The translations under genes were made by a program, and so were the position numbers. From NCBI GenBank assembly GCA_045604705.1, contig JAZUOO010000021.1, positions 3,410 through 67,409 of the forward strand: a stretch of DNA of 64,000 nt. The letters are read 5' to 3'. The notes under the pieces were generated by a model. It was given only the letters and a program-made list of their open reading frames with translations, was not told the DNA's origin and searched no databases. The stretch comes from Eubacteriales bacterium (GTDB lineage Bacteria; Bacillota; Clostridia; Oscillospirales; CAG-382). Below are positions 1 through 9,784 of this stretch, one piece after another; the first letter of the stretch is position 1; each line of letters opens with the position of its first letter.

Positions 1-62
1 AGGTATATTTTTACAAAAAATCAATTATTAAGTTCTGGTGTCAAAGAGTTTACAAGCCCCAT

Positions 63-91
63 TTGACAAATACAAAAAGATATGTTATAAT
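63..91 (+). promoter_or_regulatory. Sigma-A type promoter for the DtxR-family gene
   Basis: TTGACA (63-68), 17-nt spacer, extended -10 TGtTATAAT (83-91). It lies inside the longer track ORF that starts at 38. Confidence 0.6.
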
Positions 92-124
92 ATACACAAC
101 AAACTACGGAAAGGCAGATACGCA

Positions 125-505
125 ATGATAATAAAGGAATCCGCCGAGAACTATCTCGAGGCAATACTTATGATAAACAACAAAAAAGGCTACGCCAGAA
201 GCATAGATATTGCGAATGAGCTTGGTTTTGCGAAGCCCAGCGTATCCGTTGCGATGAAGCATTTCCGTGAAGAGGGCTATATAGAAACGGATGCAGATGG
301 CAAGATAACCCTTACCGCAAAAGGTCTTGAAGTCGCGGAGCGTGTATATGAACGTCACAAGGTAATAGCCGACGCACTTATGGCACTTGGCGTTGACGAG
401 GAAACCGCCCTTGAGGACAGCTGTAAAATAGAGCATGACATAAGTCAGAAAAGCTTTGATAAGCTGAAGGAGTTTCTTGAGAGAGTAAGGGGAGAGAGGA
501 ATTAG
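125..505 (+). CDS. DtxR/MntR-family metal-dependent transcriptional repressor
   Basis: Winged-helix N-terminus (SAENYLEAILM..SIDIANELGFAKPSVSVAMKHFREEGYI) followed by a DtxR-type metal/dimerisation helix (ERHKVIADALMALGVDEETALEDSCKIEHDIS). The ATG at 125 is preferred because the consensus promoter at 63-91 lies inside the 38-start ORF. Confidence 0.85.
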   Translation: MIIKESAENYLEAILMINNKKGYARSIDIANELGFAKPSVSVAMKHFREEGYIETDADGKITLTAKGLEVAERVYERHKVIADALMALGVDEETALEDSCKIEHDISQKSFDKLKEFLERVRGERN

Positions 506-735
506 GGAACAGAAATCGGAGAATGGAAACTATGAACCGGGGAAGGATGATTTCCGTACAGTGTTTTTGTGAGATTTGATACCTTTGATAGCGGAAATCT
601 TCATTATTTAAAAAAGTGAGATACACAAAAAAACAAGCCTTGACGCAGAGTACTCAACTTTTCGTCAAGGCATTTTTATATTCAATTGAAGAAAATACAG
701 TTTTCAACCTTCTCTAAATCCTGAATCCTAACCCC

Positions 736-1944
736 TCATTCCAAATAAAACGTCGGTACTTCCATCGGGATTCCGCCGTTCTTTGCAGACTCTATTGCTA
801 CAAGTCCGGGAAGATTTACTTTTGCTGCAAATTTTTCATTGAGAATCGGCTTTTCACCTGTGTATGCGGCTTTGCAGAAATCGTCAATGAGAAGCTTGTG
901 GGTTGCCATGTGTCCGTTGGGAAGCTCGGCGTATTCCTTTGGAAGTCTTGCCATTTCCTTTTCCTGAATCTTTGCAACACAGTCCCACTGCCATTCGCCG
1001 TTGGCTACCTGCTCCTTGAAATCGGCTTTTCCGTAGTTCTCTATCATACCGGAGGTGTTGACATAGTCGCTGACATCGGTAAGGTGTACTCTTTCCTTTT
1101 CGTCTTTGCCAGTTGTAAAATCCTTTTCTACAAGGATGTGCTGTGCGTTACTGAATTCATAGCCGCCTTTTGTGCCGTAAAGGGCAGATATGTATGAGCT
1201 GGGCTTGCACCAGCCGAAGCTTCTTGCCTCGGTAACTCTTGCGCATCCGCCGTTTGCAAGCTCCATAAGTATGAACTGATCTATAAACTCATTGTCCCAC
1301 TCATTGTTACCCTTACCGAATGCCGTATCTTGCTTGTCTGCCTTTGTTCCGTAACAGGAAACCTTTACCGCATAGGAGTCAACGGCTGAAAGTATCATTC
1401 CCGTGGAATGTGTCGGATAGAGCAGTGGTGGCATACCTCTTTCCGCATGACGCTTGCCGTAGCTTATTGCATCAATGTGGTGATAGTATTGGGATGCTCC
1501 GTATTTGAATTCGCCGAATTTTCCATCCTTGTATGCTTCGCGGCAGTACATTGCACAAGGGTAGTAATAACAGGTTTCTCCGAGCATATAAATCTTACCC
1601 GTTTCCTTGACAAGCTCGCAAATCTTTCGGCATTCATCGACAGTTGAAGCCATGGGGACGGCGGAGTAAACATTCTTGCCTGCTCTGAGTGCTTTTTCGA
1701 CTATCTCTCCGTGAAGATGTCTTTGGGTGAAATTTGCAACGCAATTTATGCTCTTGTCGGAGAGTACCTGTTCGTATGTGTCGATTATTTCAACACCGAA
1801 CCTCTCGGAGTACTCCTTTGCACGCTCGGGGATAATATCGCATACATATACCTTTTCCGTGTTAGGGTGTGCCTTAAAAAGAGGTACGAAAAACTGTGCG
1901 AAAGCTCCGCAACCTACAATTGCAATGGTTAATTTCTCAGTCAT
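736..1944 (-). CDS. Gfo/Idh/MocA-family NAD(P)-dependent oxidoreductase
   Basis: Rossmann N-terminus LTIAIVGCGAFAQFFVPLF. It is a paralogue of the 3264-4535 product. Start moved to MTEKL (ATG at 1944), which has AAAGGAA upstream. Confidence 0.85.
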   Translation of the reverse strand: MTEKLTIAIVGCGAFAQFFVPLFKAHPNTEKVYVCDIIPERAKEYSERFGVEIIDTYEQVLSDKSINCVANFTQRHLHGEIVEKALRAGKNVYSAVPMASTVDECRKICELVKETGKIYMLGETCYYYPCAMYCREAYKDGKFGEFKYGASQYYHHIDAISYGKRHAERGMPPLLYPTHSTGMILSAVDSYAVKVSCYGTKADKQDTAFGKGNNEWDNEFIDQFILMELANGGCARVTEARSFGWCKPSSYISALYGTKGGYEFSNAQHILVEKDFTTGKDEKERVHLTDVSDYVNTSGMIENYGKADFKEQVANGEWQWDCVAKIQEKEMARLPKEYAELPNGHMATHKLLIDDFCKAAYTGEKPILNEKFAAKVNLPGLVAIESAKNGGIPMEVPTFYLE

Positions 1945-2187
1945 AATAAAATTCCTTTCGGGAGATACATAATAAGAAACGGGAAAACTTAAAACCGAAA
2001 ATGAGCGTTTCCCGTAATCACCATCATTATACTTCTGTATCACACTGTCTGTAAATGTCATTTTTCAACACTGAATTGTCTTTTTTAGACTTTGTTTGTA
2101 AAAGAATCTTGATTTTACGGGGGAAGTACTTTACAAAATTGTTTTTTTGTGATATGCTGTCCTCGTAAGAATTTCCGAAATCGGGTG

Positions 2188-3051
2188 ATGACAATGGAAC
2201 TTGAAAATGCAAAGCTTTTTGTTCGCCAGGCTGTGCGGGGAGTTTTTGGTGGGAATAAACCTATGGACATCCGTTATACCCTGCGCACTCTTGATTCAAG
2301 ATTATTTTATATAATCTCCGGAAAAGGCGAGGTAACCATAGAGGGTACCGTCTACAGCCTGTCACCGGGAAGTGTCGTTCTTTTTAAAGCAGGCACTCCC
2401 TATATGTGGAACGTCACGGAAATGCAATTTTATATAGTAAATTTTGATTATTCCGACAAATTCTCGCACGAAGCAGGCGCGTTCCATCCCATCCACGCCG
2501 AAAACTTCAATGAGTCCGAATGCTTTGACTGCGGGGAGATAACGGACGAGACCAGGCTCAATTCGCCGACAGTCCTTCGTACAACTTCAAATCTTGAACC
2601 CTTATTCAAAATGATTGCGGCGGAACACGGAGTTGGCGGAAAATACTCCCGTGAGCTTATCTCAAACGCCGCGAAAACACTAATATATGCAATTCTTCGC
2701 TATGAAAGCGAGGGACATACAACCTCCATCGAAAAGAGTGCTCCACTTGTGCGTGACATAATCAGCTTTATCGGTGAGAACATGGATGCGGATATATCTA
2801 ACAGCACTATTGCAGAAAAATTTCATTTCAATGCATCATATATAAATCGTGTGTTTAAAAAGCATACGGGCACTACTCTCCATGAATATATTATCGGAGT
2901 ACGGATAGACGCCGCTGCGGAAAAACTCAGATCCGAAAGCACATCCGTGTCTGAAATTGCAAAGCTGACAGGATTTTCTGGAGCTGTCCACTTTACCAAG
3001 GCATTCAAAAAACGAATGGGTATAAGTCCTACCGAATACAGGAATATGTGA
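2188..3051 (+). CDS. AraC-family transcriptional regulator (cupin sensor plus HTH)
   Basis: N-terminal cupin-like block (LFYIISGKGEVTIEGTVYSLSPGSVVLF). C-terminal AraC double HTH (SVSEIAKLTGFSGAVHFTKAFKKRMGISPTEYRN). Confidence 0.85.
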   Translation: MTMELENAKLFVRQAVRGVFGGNKPMDIRYTLRTLDSRLFYIISGKGEVTIEGTVYSLSPGSVVLFKAGTPYMWNVTEMQFYIVNFDYSDKFSHEAGAFHPIHAENFNESECFDCGEITDETRLNSPTVLRTTSNLEPLFKMIAAEHGVGGKYSRELISNAAKTLIYAILRYESEGHTTSIEKSAPLVRDIISFIGENMDADISNSTIAEKFHFNASYINRVFKKHTGTTLHEYIIGVRIDAAAEKLRSESTSVSEIAKLTGFSGAVHFTKAFKKRMGISPTEYRNM

Positions 3052-3263
3052 AAGTGCAAAAATGACAAGTGTATGTCACTAAAGGTCATTTACAAGTCAG
3101 GATGTCGGGTATATAATGAAACCGATGATAAATAAAAACGGAAACAAAGTCCGGAAAATAAATTTTTTGGCTATAGAAGTTTATGACTTTGATGTCGCAG
3201 ACATCAATCTTGCTTTGCAAGACCTCACAAGCTTCCGTAATCACGAAAGGAATGGTTATAATT

Positions 3264-4535
3264 ATGAAAACAAGACTTACAATAGCAATGATAGGCTGCG
3301 GAAGATTCGCAGATTTCTTTGTGCCGCTGTTTAAAGCACATCCCGAAGTGGAAAAAGTATACGTATGCGACATAAGAAGCGAAAGAGCACAAGCGTACAG
3401 CGAAAAGTTCAATGTGCCGATAATCGAGAGCTTTGAGGCAGCACTTGCAAGTACGCAGGTGAATGCAGTTGCAATCTTCACGGAAAGACAGAAGCACGGT
3501 CCCATGGTAATTGAAGCACTTAAGGCAGGTAAGCACGTCTACAGTGCAGTTCCTTGTTCTATTTCCGTTGACGAAATAAGAGAAATTGAAAGACTCGTGC
3601 GTGAAACAAGACTTACATATTCCATGGGCGAAACAGGTTATTACAGAGCTGCAACCCTATTCTGTCGTGAAAAGTTTAAAAAAGGTGAGTTCGGACAGTT
3701 TGTTTATGCCGAAGCTCAGTATAACCACGATATAAGAAACATGGAGGAAAGCTTCAAGAGCAGCGGCGGTGACAGATGGAAAGAATACGCCGGTATCCCG
3801 CCTATGTATTATCCCACACATTCAACGTCAATGATTCTTAGCTCCATGCCCGGAGTATATGCCACAAGCGTAAGAGCTCTCGGTTATGTAAGCACCGAAA
3901 GAACAGACATCTACGGTACACAGGGACAGAATCTTTACAACAATCCTTTCGGTAATACGGCGATGCTTCTGACACTTTCAAACGGCGGTATCGCAAGAGT
4001 TTCCGAAAACAGAAATGTAGGCTGGAAAGCCCCCGAAACATACATTTCACAGTTCTACGGCACAGACGGAGGTTACGAATTCTCCGTTGCAAAGCACTAT
4101 TTTGCCCATTGGGACAAAGACCGTCCCGGCAAAGTGAAAATGAGTGACGTAACGGAAGGCTTGACACCTCCCGCAGTCAACGAGCTTGTCAACACAGATT
4201 TCTCAAGAGCTATTCAGGAAATTGCCGACGGTGCAGGCTTCTTTGATTTCTCGCCCATACAGGATGGAAAGAGGCTTCCCGAATCCTTCAGAGGTCTTCA
4301 CAACGGTCACAACGGCACACATCATTACATAATAGATGACTTCTGCAAGGCGGCAGCAACCGGTAAACTCTCGCCCACAAACATCTGGGAAGTGGCAAGA
4401 TATAATATCCCCGGTCTTATCGCACATCAATCCGCACTTGAAGCGGGAGCCGTTATGACTGTGCCGGATCTCGGCGAGAAGCCCGCCGATTGGGATGTTG
4501 TAGATCCTTATGATTTTGAGTATAATCAGAAATAA
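3264..4535 (+). CDS. Gfo/Idh/MocA-family oxidoreductase (second paralogue)
   Basis: LTIAMIGCGRFADFFVPLFKAHPEVEKVYVCD Rossmann motif. Collinear similarity to the 736-1944 product. Start taken as MKTRL at 3264. Confidence 0.85.
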   Translation: MKTRLTIAMIGCGRFADFFVPLFKAHPEVEKVYVCDIRSERAQAYSEKFNVPIIESFEAALASTQVNAVAIFTERQKHGPMVIEALKAGKHVYSAVPCSISVDEIREIERLVRETRLTYSMGETGYYRAATLFCREKFKKGEFGQFVYAEAQYNHDIRNMEESFKSSGGDRWKEYAGIPPMYYPTHSTSMILSSMPGVYATSVRALGYVSTERTDIYGTQGQNLYNNPFGNTAMLLTLSNGGIARVSENRNVGWKAPETYISQFYGTDGGYEFSVAKHYFAHWDKDRPGKVKMSDVTEGLTPPAVNELVNTDFSRAIQEIADGAGFFDFSPIQDGKRLPESFRGLHNGHNGTHHYIIDDFCKAAATGKLSPTNIWEVARYNIPGLIAHQSALEAGAVMTVPDLGEKPADWDVVDPYDFEYNQK

Positions 4536-4656
4536 TTTTTCTCATATTATTTTTACAAAACAATATGGAGATGTTATGACCACATCGGATCTCGGCGAGA
4601 AGCCCACCGATTGGGATGTTATTGATCCTTATGATTTTGAATATAATCAGAAATAA
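4446..4656. repeat. Direct duplication of the last ~90 bp of the oxidoreductase gene (copies 4446-4535 and 4567-4656, offset 121 bp)
   Basis: Hand alignment gives about 79/90 identical positions. Both copies end in ...GATCCTTATGATTTTGA(G/A)TATAATCAGAAATAA. Confidence 0.9.
4576..4656 (+). CDS. Possible 26-codon micro-ORF made from the duplicated gene tail (MTTSDLGEKPTDWDVIDPYDFEYNQK)
   Basis: ATG at 4576 is preceded by GGAG (4567-4570). The ORF ends just upstream of the terminator at 4667. Translation is unproven. Confidence 0.25.
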   Translation: MTTSDLGEKPTDWDVIDPYDFEYNQK

Positions 4657-4666
4657 GTAAAAAGAG

Positions 4667-4705
4667 TCACCTTGGAGCAAGATTCCAAGGTGATTTTTGT
4701 TTTTG
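4667..4705 (+). terminator. Rho-independent terminator
   Basis: Perfect 10-bp stem TCACCTTGGA / TCCAAGGTGA with a 7-nt loop, followed by TTTTTGTTTTT. Confidence 0.75.
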
Positions 4706-4894
4706 GTGTGGTGGTTGTAGGTGTTTGTTAATGGTATTGGTTTACATCCTCGGAGGTTTTGTATAAGTGCAAGCATTATTCTTTCGGCACGGAGTGCGGG
4801 GTAGTGACACCCTGAATATCTAATTCCAAATTTGCAGGTACACAATAAATTTTTAATTATGAATTCTAATTTCCTTTAACTGTACACCGCTAAG

Positions 4895-5476
4895 TTATCC
4901 GTCTTTTAGCTCCTTAATGGTGTGGATCTTTTTATTGTCATCCTCGATATATTTGATAATGTCATCGAGATTTTCCGTTATCCTGTAAAGCTCAAGACAA
5001 TTTTCTTTGATAAAATTTTTCCCAATGACCTGCTTCATAACCTCATGTAAACTGTCATAATAATTCATAATATTATAGACCGCAATAGGCTTGTTATGCC
5101 GACAAAGCTGTTTGAGTGTCAATATTTCAAAGAATTCCTCATAAGTTCCTATGCCGCCGGGAACGACTATGAATGCATCCGCATTATCCTCCATTATCTG
5201 TTTCCTTTGACGCATGGTTTCCGGCATTATAAGCTCGTTACAGAAATCGCATATTTCCTCAACGGTTTCTTCTTTGAAAAATTGGGGGATGACTCCGAAG
5301 ATATATCCGTTGCCGCGTCTGAAACCTCGTGCCGCCGCCCCCATAAGTCCGTTACCGCCGCCGCCGAACACAAGGGAATGACCTCTCTTGGCAAGTATTT
5401 CTCCCATGTCCTCGACTATTCTCATATATTCCTTGTCAATTGTCGGAGAAGCTGCTCCGTATACGCATATTCTCAT
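4895..5476 (-). CDS. LOG-family protein (TIGR00730-type nucleotide phosphoribohydrolase)
   Basis: GGGGNGLMG and PGGIGTYEE motifs, which are diagnostic of the LOG/lysine-decarboxylase-like family. Confidence 0.85.
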   Translation of the reverse strand: MRICVYGAASPTIDKEYMRIVEDMGEILAKRGHSLVFGGGGNGLMGAAARGFRRGNGYIFGVIPQFFKEETVEEICDFCNELIMPETMRQRKQIMEDNADAFIVVPGGIGTYEEFFEILTLKQLCRHNKPIAVYNIMNYYDSLHEVMKQVIGKNFIKENCLELYRITENLDDIIKYIEDDNKKIHTIKELKDG

Positions 5477-5677
5477 GATTTTACTCCTTTAATAAGCACT
5501 TTGTTTAATGTTATTATACATGAAAATTTTCCTGTTGTAAAGAGGGACTTTTAAATAAATGTCCGTTTTTCGAGAGAATTACCGGATATTACGTAAAATT
5601 CTTATGTGTGTCTAAATGACTTTTTAATAAAAAAATTCAAATTTATGTGTTTCTATATTTTTGATTGCATATAACGG

Positions 5678-5706
5678 TTGCATTTTGTGTAAAAGTATGA
5701 TATAAT
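5678..5706 (+). promoter_or_regulatory. Candidate promoter for the SPFH operon
   Basis: TTGCAT, 17-nt spacer, TATAAT, about 120 nt upstream of the ATG at 5825. Confidence 0.45.
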
Positions 5707-5824
5707 GATTCTGTAAAAAATAAATCTGTACCTTTTGTACAATGTATCGACAAAATATACTCAAAATAGCGAAAACGGCATAACTCAAATATAAAGCCGT
5801 CACAACGGCAGAACGGAGACTACT

Positions 5825-7207
5825 ATGGGACTTATTAAAGCAGGCCTCGGCGCACTCGGCGGTGCACTTGCAGATCAGTGGAAGGAGTTTTTCTACTGTG
5901 ACTCACTTGAAAATGATGTACTTATGGTAAAGGGACAAAAGCAAATAAGCGGACGTTCCTCAAATACAAAAGGAAACGATAATATTATCTCGAACGGATC
6001 GGGAATTGCTGTAGCCGATGGTCAGGCAATGATGATAGTAGATCAGGGCAAGGTAGTGGAGTTCTGTGCAGAGCCCGGTGAATTTACATATGACTCTTCA
6101 ACTGAACCGAGCATCTTTGCGGGAAGCCTGGGTAAAAGTATCCTTGATACTTTCAAGACCATAGGTAAACGCTTTACATACGGTGGAGATACCGGTAAGG
6201 ATCAGAGAATTTACTACTTTAACACAAAGGAGATTATGGGTAACCGTTACGGTACCGCAACACCCATTCCTTTCAGAGTTGTGGTAAACGAACAGCTCGG
6301 CTTCAAGCTTTCCGTGGATATAAGATGCAACGGTGAATATACATATAAAATGGTAAATCCCATGCTGTTTTATACAAGCATTGCGGGAAATGTTTCTGAT
6401 GAATACAGGAAGGAAAATCTTGAGGACATTCTAAGAAGCGAGCTCTTATCCGCACTTCAGCCGGCACTTGCAAAGGTAGCAGCGCAGAAGATTGAATACT
6501 TTGAGCTTCCCGCACACACAACCGAGATAAGAAACGCTCTTTGCGAGGTTCTTCGCCCGGACTGGACTGAAACAAGAGGTATTGAAATTGTAAAACTCAC
6601 AATTAATTCTCTCTCTATTCCCGATGATCAGAGAAAGAAGATTACAGAATGGGAAGAAACCGCAATGACCACAAATCCCAATGTCGCAGGTGCAAGACTT
6701 GTAGGTGGACAGACCGATGCAATGAGAACCGCGGCAGCTAACGAAGCAGGTGCAATGACAGGCTTTATGGGGATGGGAATGGCAATGAATACTGGTGGTG
6801 CAAACGCACAGCAGTTCTATGCAATGGGGCAGCAGCAAGCACAGGCAGCACACGATTCCGACAGTTGGAAATGCTCATGCGGAGCTGTGGCAAAAGGAAA
6901 ATTCTGCTCGTCCTGCGGTGCAAAAAGACCTGAGCCTGCAGTTGACGGTTGGAAATGTTCCTGTGGCACAACGGTAACAGGAAAATTCTGTCCCGAATGC
7001 GGAGCGAAGAAGCCTGAGGATGGCTGGAAATGCTCATGCGGTGCGGTGAATAAAGGCAAATTCTGTTCCGAGTGCGGTGAAAAGAAGCCTGCAGGTGCTC
7101 CGTTATACCGCTGTGATAAATGCGGCTGGAAACCGGATGATCCGAAGAATCCTCCGAAATTCTGCCCCGAATGCGGAGACATATTTGACGAAAATGACGC
7201 AGATTAA
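5825..7207 (+). CDS. SPFH/band-7-like protein (YdjI-like) with four C-terminal zinc ribbons
   Basis: The N-terminus MGLIKAGLGALGGALADQWKEFF is typical of YdjI-like SPFH proteins. The C-terminus has repeated WKCSCG..GKFC.ECG.KKP units. Confidence 0.8.
   Translation: MGLIKAGLGALGGALADQWKEFFYCDSLENDVLMVKGQKQISGRSSNTKGNDNIISNGSGIAVADGQAMMIVDQGKVVEFCAEPGEFTYDSSTEPSIFAGSLGKSILDTFKTIGKRFTYGGDTGKDQRIYYFNTKEIMGNRYGTATPIPFRVVVNEQLGFKLSVDIRCNGEYTYKMVNPMLFYTSIAGNVSDEYRKENLEDILRSELLSALQPALAKVAAQKIEYFELPAHTTEIRNALCEVLRPDWTETRGIEIVKLTINSLSIPDDQRKKITEWEETAMTTNPNVAGARLVGGQTDAMRTAAANEAGAMTGFMGMGMAMNTGGANAQQFYAMGQQQAQAAHDSDSWKCSCGAVAKGKFCSSCGAKRPEPAVDGWKCSCGTTVTGKFCPECGAKKPEDGWKCSCGAVNKGKFCSECGEKKPAGAPLYRCDKCGWKPDDPKNPPKFCPECGDIFDENDAD
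6866..7185 (+). repeat. In-frame tandem zinc-ribbon coding repeats (3 near-identical units plus 1 divergent)
   Basis: WKCSCGAVAKGKFCSSCGAKRP / WKCSCGTTVTGKFCPECGAKKP / WKCSCGAVNKGKFCSECGEKKP / RCDKCG..FCPECG. Confidence 0.85.
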
Positions 7208-7336
7208 TACTACGAAAAATTAAACCTTCAAGGAATGTGCGGGCAGCCGACGAAAAACGGTTGTCCGTATTATATAACCGATTATCCGCAAAAAGGCAAA
7301 TGCCACTAGTTGCGGATAACGAAAGGAGGAACGATT

Positions 7337-8422
7337 TTGGCAGTTCTTCAAGAGTATAAATGTCCGTGCTGTGACGGTGCAATAGCCTTTGACAGCGAAT
7401 CGCAGAAAATGAAATGCCCGTACTGCGGAACCGAATTCGACGTTGAGACCATCAAAGACTATGACAGAAACCTTGGCGAGGACGGCGAGGACGACATATA
7501 TTGGGAAAAATCCGATGCTCCCGAATGGCAGACAGGAGAGCAGGAGGGACTGAAGGTCTATCAGTGTAAGTCCTGCGGAGGTGAAATTATCACGGATGAA
7601 ACTACCGCGGCAACCGAATGCCCGTACTGCGCAAATCCCGTTGTAATGATGGGACAGCTTTCGGGGAACCTCAAACCCGACTATGTTATTCCCTTTAAGC
7701 TTAATAAAGAGGAAGCAAAAGCGGCATTGCAAAGGTACTATAAAGGGAAAACTCTTTTGCCAAAGGTTTTTAAGGCTCAGAACAAGATAGAGGAAATAAA
7801 AGGAGTCTACGTCCCGTTCTGGCTCTTTGATGCGGATGCAGATGCTCACATAAGATATAAAGGTACAAAGGTTCGTTCCTGGAGCGATTCCAATTATTAT
7901 TACACGGAAACAAGATTTTACTCGGTAATACGCAGCGGTAATATAGGTTTTCGCCGTATTCCCGTTGACGGCTCGGAAAAGATGCAGGACGATCTTATGG
8001 AATCAATTGAGCCGTACGACTTTTCGGAAGCCGTGGATTTTCAGACTGCGTATCTTGCGGGTTACTTTGCCGATAAATACGATATTGACTCGGAGGCAAG
8101 TATTGAAAGAGCCAACATAAGAATAAAAAACAGCACAGCCGATGCTTTCAGAAGTACGGTTATTGGGTATACAACAGTTACACCTGAGGCTACAAGCATA
8201 AACATAAAGTCGGGAAAGACCTCATATGCACTTCTCCCGGTGTGGATTCTCAACACGGAATGGAACGGTGAAAAGTACAGATTTGCAATAAACGGTCAGA
8301 CGGGTAAGATAGCAGGCAATCTCCCCATGGACAAGGGGGCATTCGCAAGGTGGTTTCTCGGTATTATGGGCGGAGTTGCCGCGGCGGTTTTAGGACTTAT
8401 GTGGCTGTTTTGGATGCTTTAA
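7337..8422 (+). CDS. Zinc-ribbon membrane-anchored protein (YdjG-like)
   Basis: Three CxxC..CxxC pairs (CPCCDG..CPYCG, CKSCGG..CPYC) and a C-terminal TM helix (FLGIMGGVAAAVLGLMWLFWML). TTG start at 7337 lies 7 nt after AGGAGG. Confidence 0.7.
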   Translation: MAVLQEYKCPCCDGAIAFDSESQKMKCPYCGTEFDVETIKDYDRNLGEDGEDDIYWEKSDAPEWQTGEQEGLKVYQCKSCGGEIITDETTAATECPYCANPVVMMGQLSGNLKPDYVIPFKLNKEEAKAALQRYYKGKTLLPKVFKAQNKIEEIKGVYVPFWLFDADADAHIRYKGTKVRSWSDSNYYYTETRFYSVIRSGNIGFRRIPVDGSEKMQDDLMESIEPYDFSEAVDFQTAYLAGYFADKYDIDSEASIERANIRIKNSTADAFRSTVIGYTTVTPEATSINIKSGKTSYALLPVWILNTEWNGEKYRFAINGQTGKIAGNLPMDKGAFARWFLGIMGGVAAAVLGLMWLFWML

Positions 8423-8434
8423 GGAGGTAGGGCT

Positions 8435-9241
8435 ATGAAAAAGAAATTACTTTCCGTAAGCTTTGCTCTTCTTTTTGCAGTTTTCTGTATTGCAGGCGTA
8501 CTGGCAAAATCCTCTCTTCTGGTTGATGACGCAGAGCTTTTGTCGGAGGACGAATACAGCTATATTCTTGAGCTTCTCGAATCCGCAGGCAGCTCACAGG
8601 ATGCCTCCTTTGTGATAATCACCACCTATTTAACGGGTGGTGAAACCATACGGGAATATGCCGATGACACCATGGATTACGGTGGGTATGAATATGACTG
8701 TATATTACTGCTTGTTGATATGGAGCGTATGGAATATTACATCTCGACAGGCGGGAAATACAATAATGATTATGTGAATATTGAAGTTCTTGATGATATG
8801 GAAAATGATATAATCCCTCATTTGCAAAACAGAGATTTTTTCAGTGCCTTTCAGGATTTTGCAAACCATTGTATGACTGTTGATCTTGATGGTGCAGATA
8901 ATTACAACGGCTATTACAATTACAATGACTATGACAACGACTATGACCGTGAGCCTTTCGGATGGTTTCCGGCAATACTTACTTCGCTCGCTGTCGGAGC
9001 ACTTGCGGCATTCATAACTACATCGGTAATGCGGGGACAGCTTAAAAATGTCAAGGCTGAAACAAGAGCCGCAAATTACGTTGTAAGCGGAAGCATGAAT
9101 GTTACGGAATCCCGTGATTTGTTCCTGTATCACCACATTTCAAGACGTCCGAAGCCTAAAAGCAACAGCGGTTCGGGCGGTTCGTCTCACAGGTCGTCTT
9201 CGGGTAGAAGTCACGGCGGCAGAGGCGGAAGCTTCAGATGA
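8435..9241 (+). CDS. TPM-domain protein (YdjH-like), secreted or membrane-anchored
   Basis: Signal peptide, a TPM-like block (LLVDDAELLSEDEYSYILELLE..FVIITT), a TM helix and a Gly/Ser/Arg-rich tail (GSGGSSHRSSSGRSHGGRGGSF). Confidence 0.7.
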   Translation: MKKKLLSVSFALLFAVFCIAGVLAKSSLLVDDAELLSEDEYSYILELLESAGSSQDASFVIITTYLTGGETIREYADDTMDYGGYEYDCILLLVDMERMEYYISTGGKYNNDYVNIEVLDDMENDIIPHLQNRDFFSAFQDFANHCMTVDLDGADNYNGYYNYNDYDNDYDREPFGWFPAILTSLAVGALAAFITTSVMRGQLKNVKAETRAANYVVSGSMNVTESRDLFLYHHISRRPKPKSNSGSGGSSHRSSSGRSHGGRGGSFR

Positions 9242-9673
9242 ACACAAAACATACAATAGAAAAGCAAACGGCGGTGTAACAGGATACACCGTCGTGTCTT
9301 TTGATATATACATAATGTTTTTGTATTAATAAGCCGTATTCCTCAATAAGAGTACGAAGCTGACTCTCTAAAAATTCACAGTTAACGGGACTTGTAAAGT
9401 CGAGGATAGCCGAGAAGCCGTTCCACCATTACTGAATTGCAGGTCTGCCTGCCTCGTTCACTGTAACTTCAAGCTCTGTTTCAATAATGATTTTGCATTT
9501 CTGATTGTTACGTCAAAAGTATCCTCGCCTCGGATATATCAGCACTTATTGGAAAGATGTATCGGCATTCTAAGTGTTGTGCAGTCGCTGTGCCGCAATT
9601 CCTTTTCAAGTATTTTAAATCTGTATGTTATTTTCATTGCTTTCATTGTGTCGGATTTTTTGAATTTTTGCTT

Positions 9674-9699
9674 AAAAAATGGCTGCCATAAGACAGCCA
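9674..9699 (-). terminator. Rho-independent terminator downstream of the transglutaminase-like gene
   Basis: Minus strand: TGGCTG / CAGCCA stem, 8-nt loop, then TTTTTT. Confidence 0.5.
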
Positions 9700-9784
9700 A
9701 ATTACAATTTAATCAGGATAATTATTTATCAGAGTATCTCCGATTTGTATGCGAAGTCGGGACAATTGCATCAGCTTTGACACA

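Noticed and set aside
38-124. N-terminal extension of the DtxR-family ORF (the track start at 38).
   Set aside because: A textbook TTGACA-17-TGnTATAAT promoter lies inside it (63-91), and the family's winged helix begins right after the Met at 125.
4706-4894. G/T-rich stretch (GGTGTGGTGGTTGTAGGTGTTTGTTAATGG...) between the terminator and the LOG gene.
   Set aside because: It has no ORF, repeat structure, hairpin or promoter consensus that I could support. It probably reflects compositional noise in a convergent intergenic region.
9300-9660. Possible transposase or other gene remnant on the minus strand (MKAMKITYRFKILEKELRH.., ..NGFSAILDFTSPVNCEFLESQLRTLIEEYGL).
   Set aside because: There are only short, frame-broken, motif-less fragments. 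I cannot assign a family or show terminal repeats.
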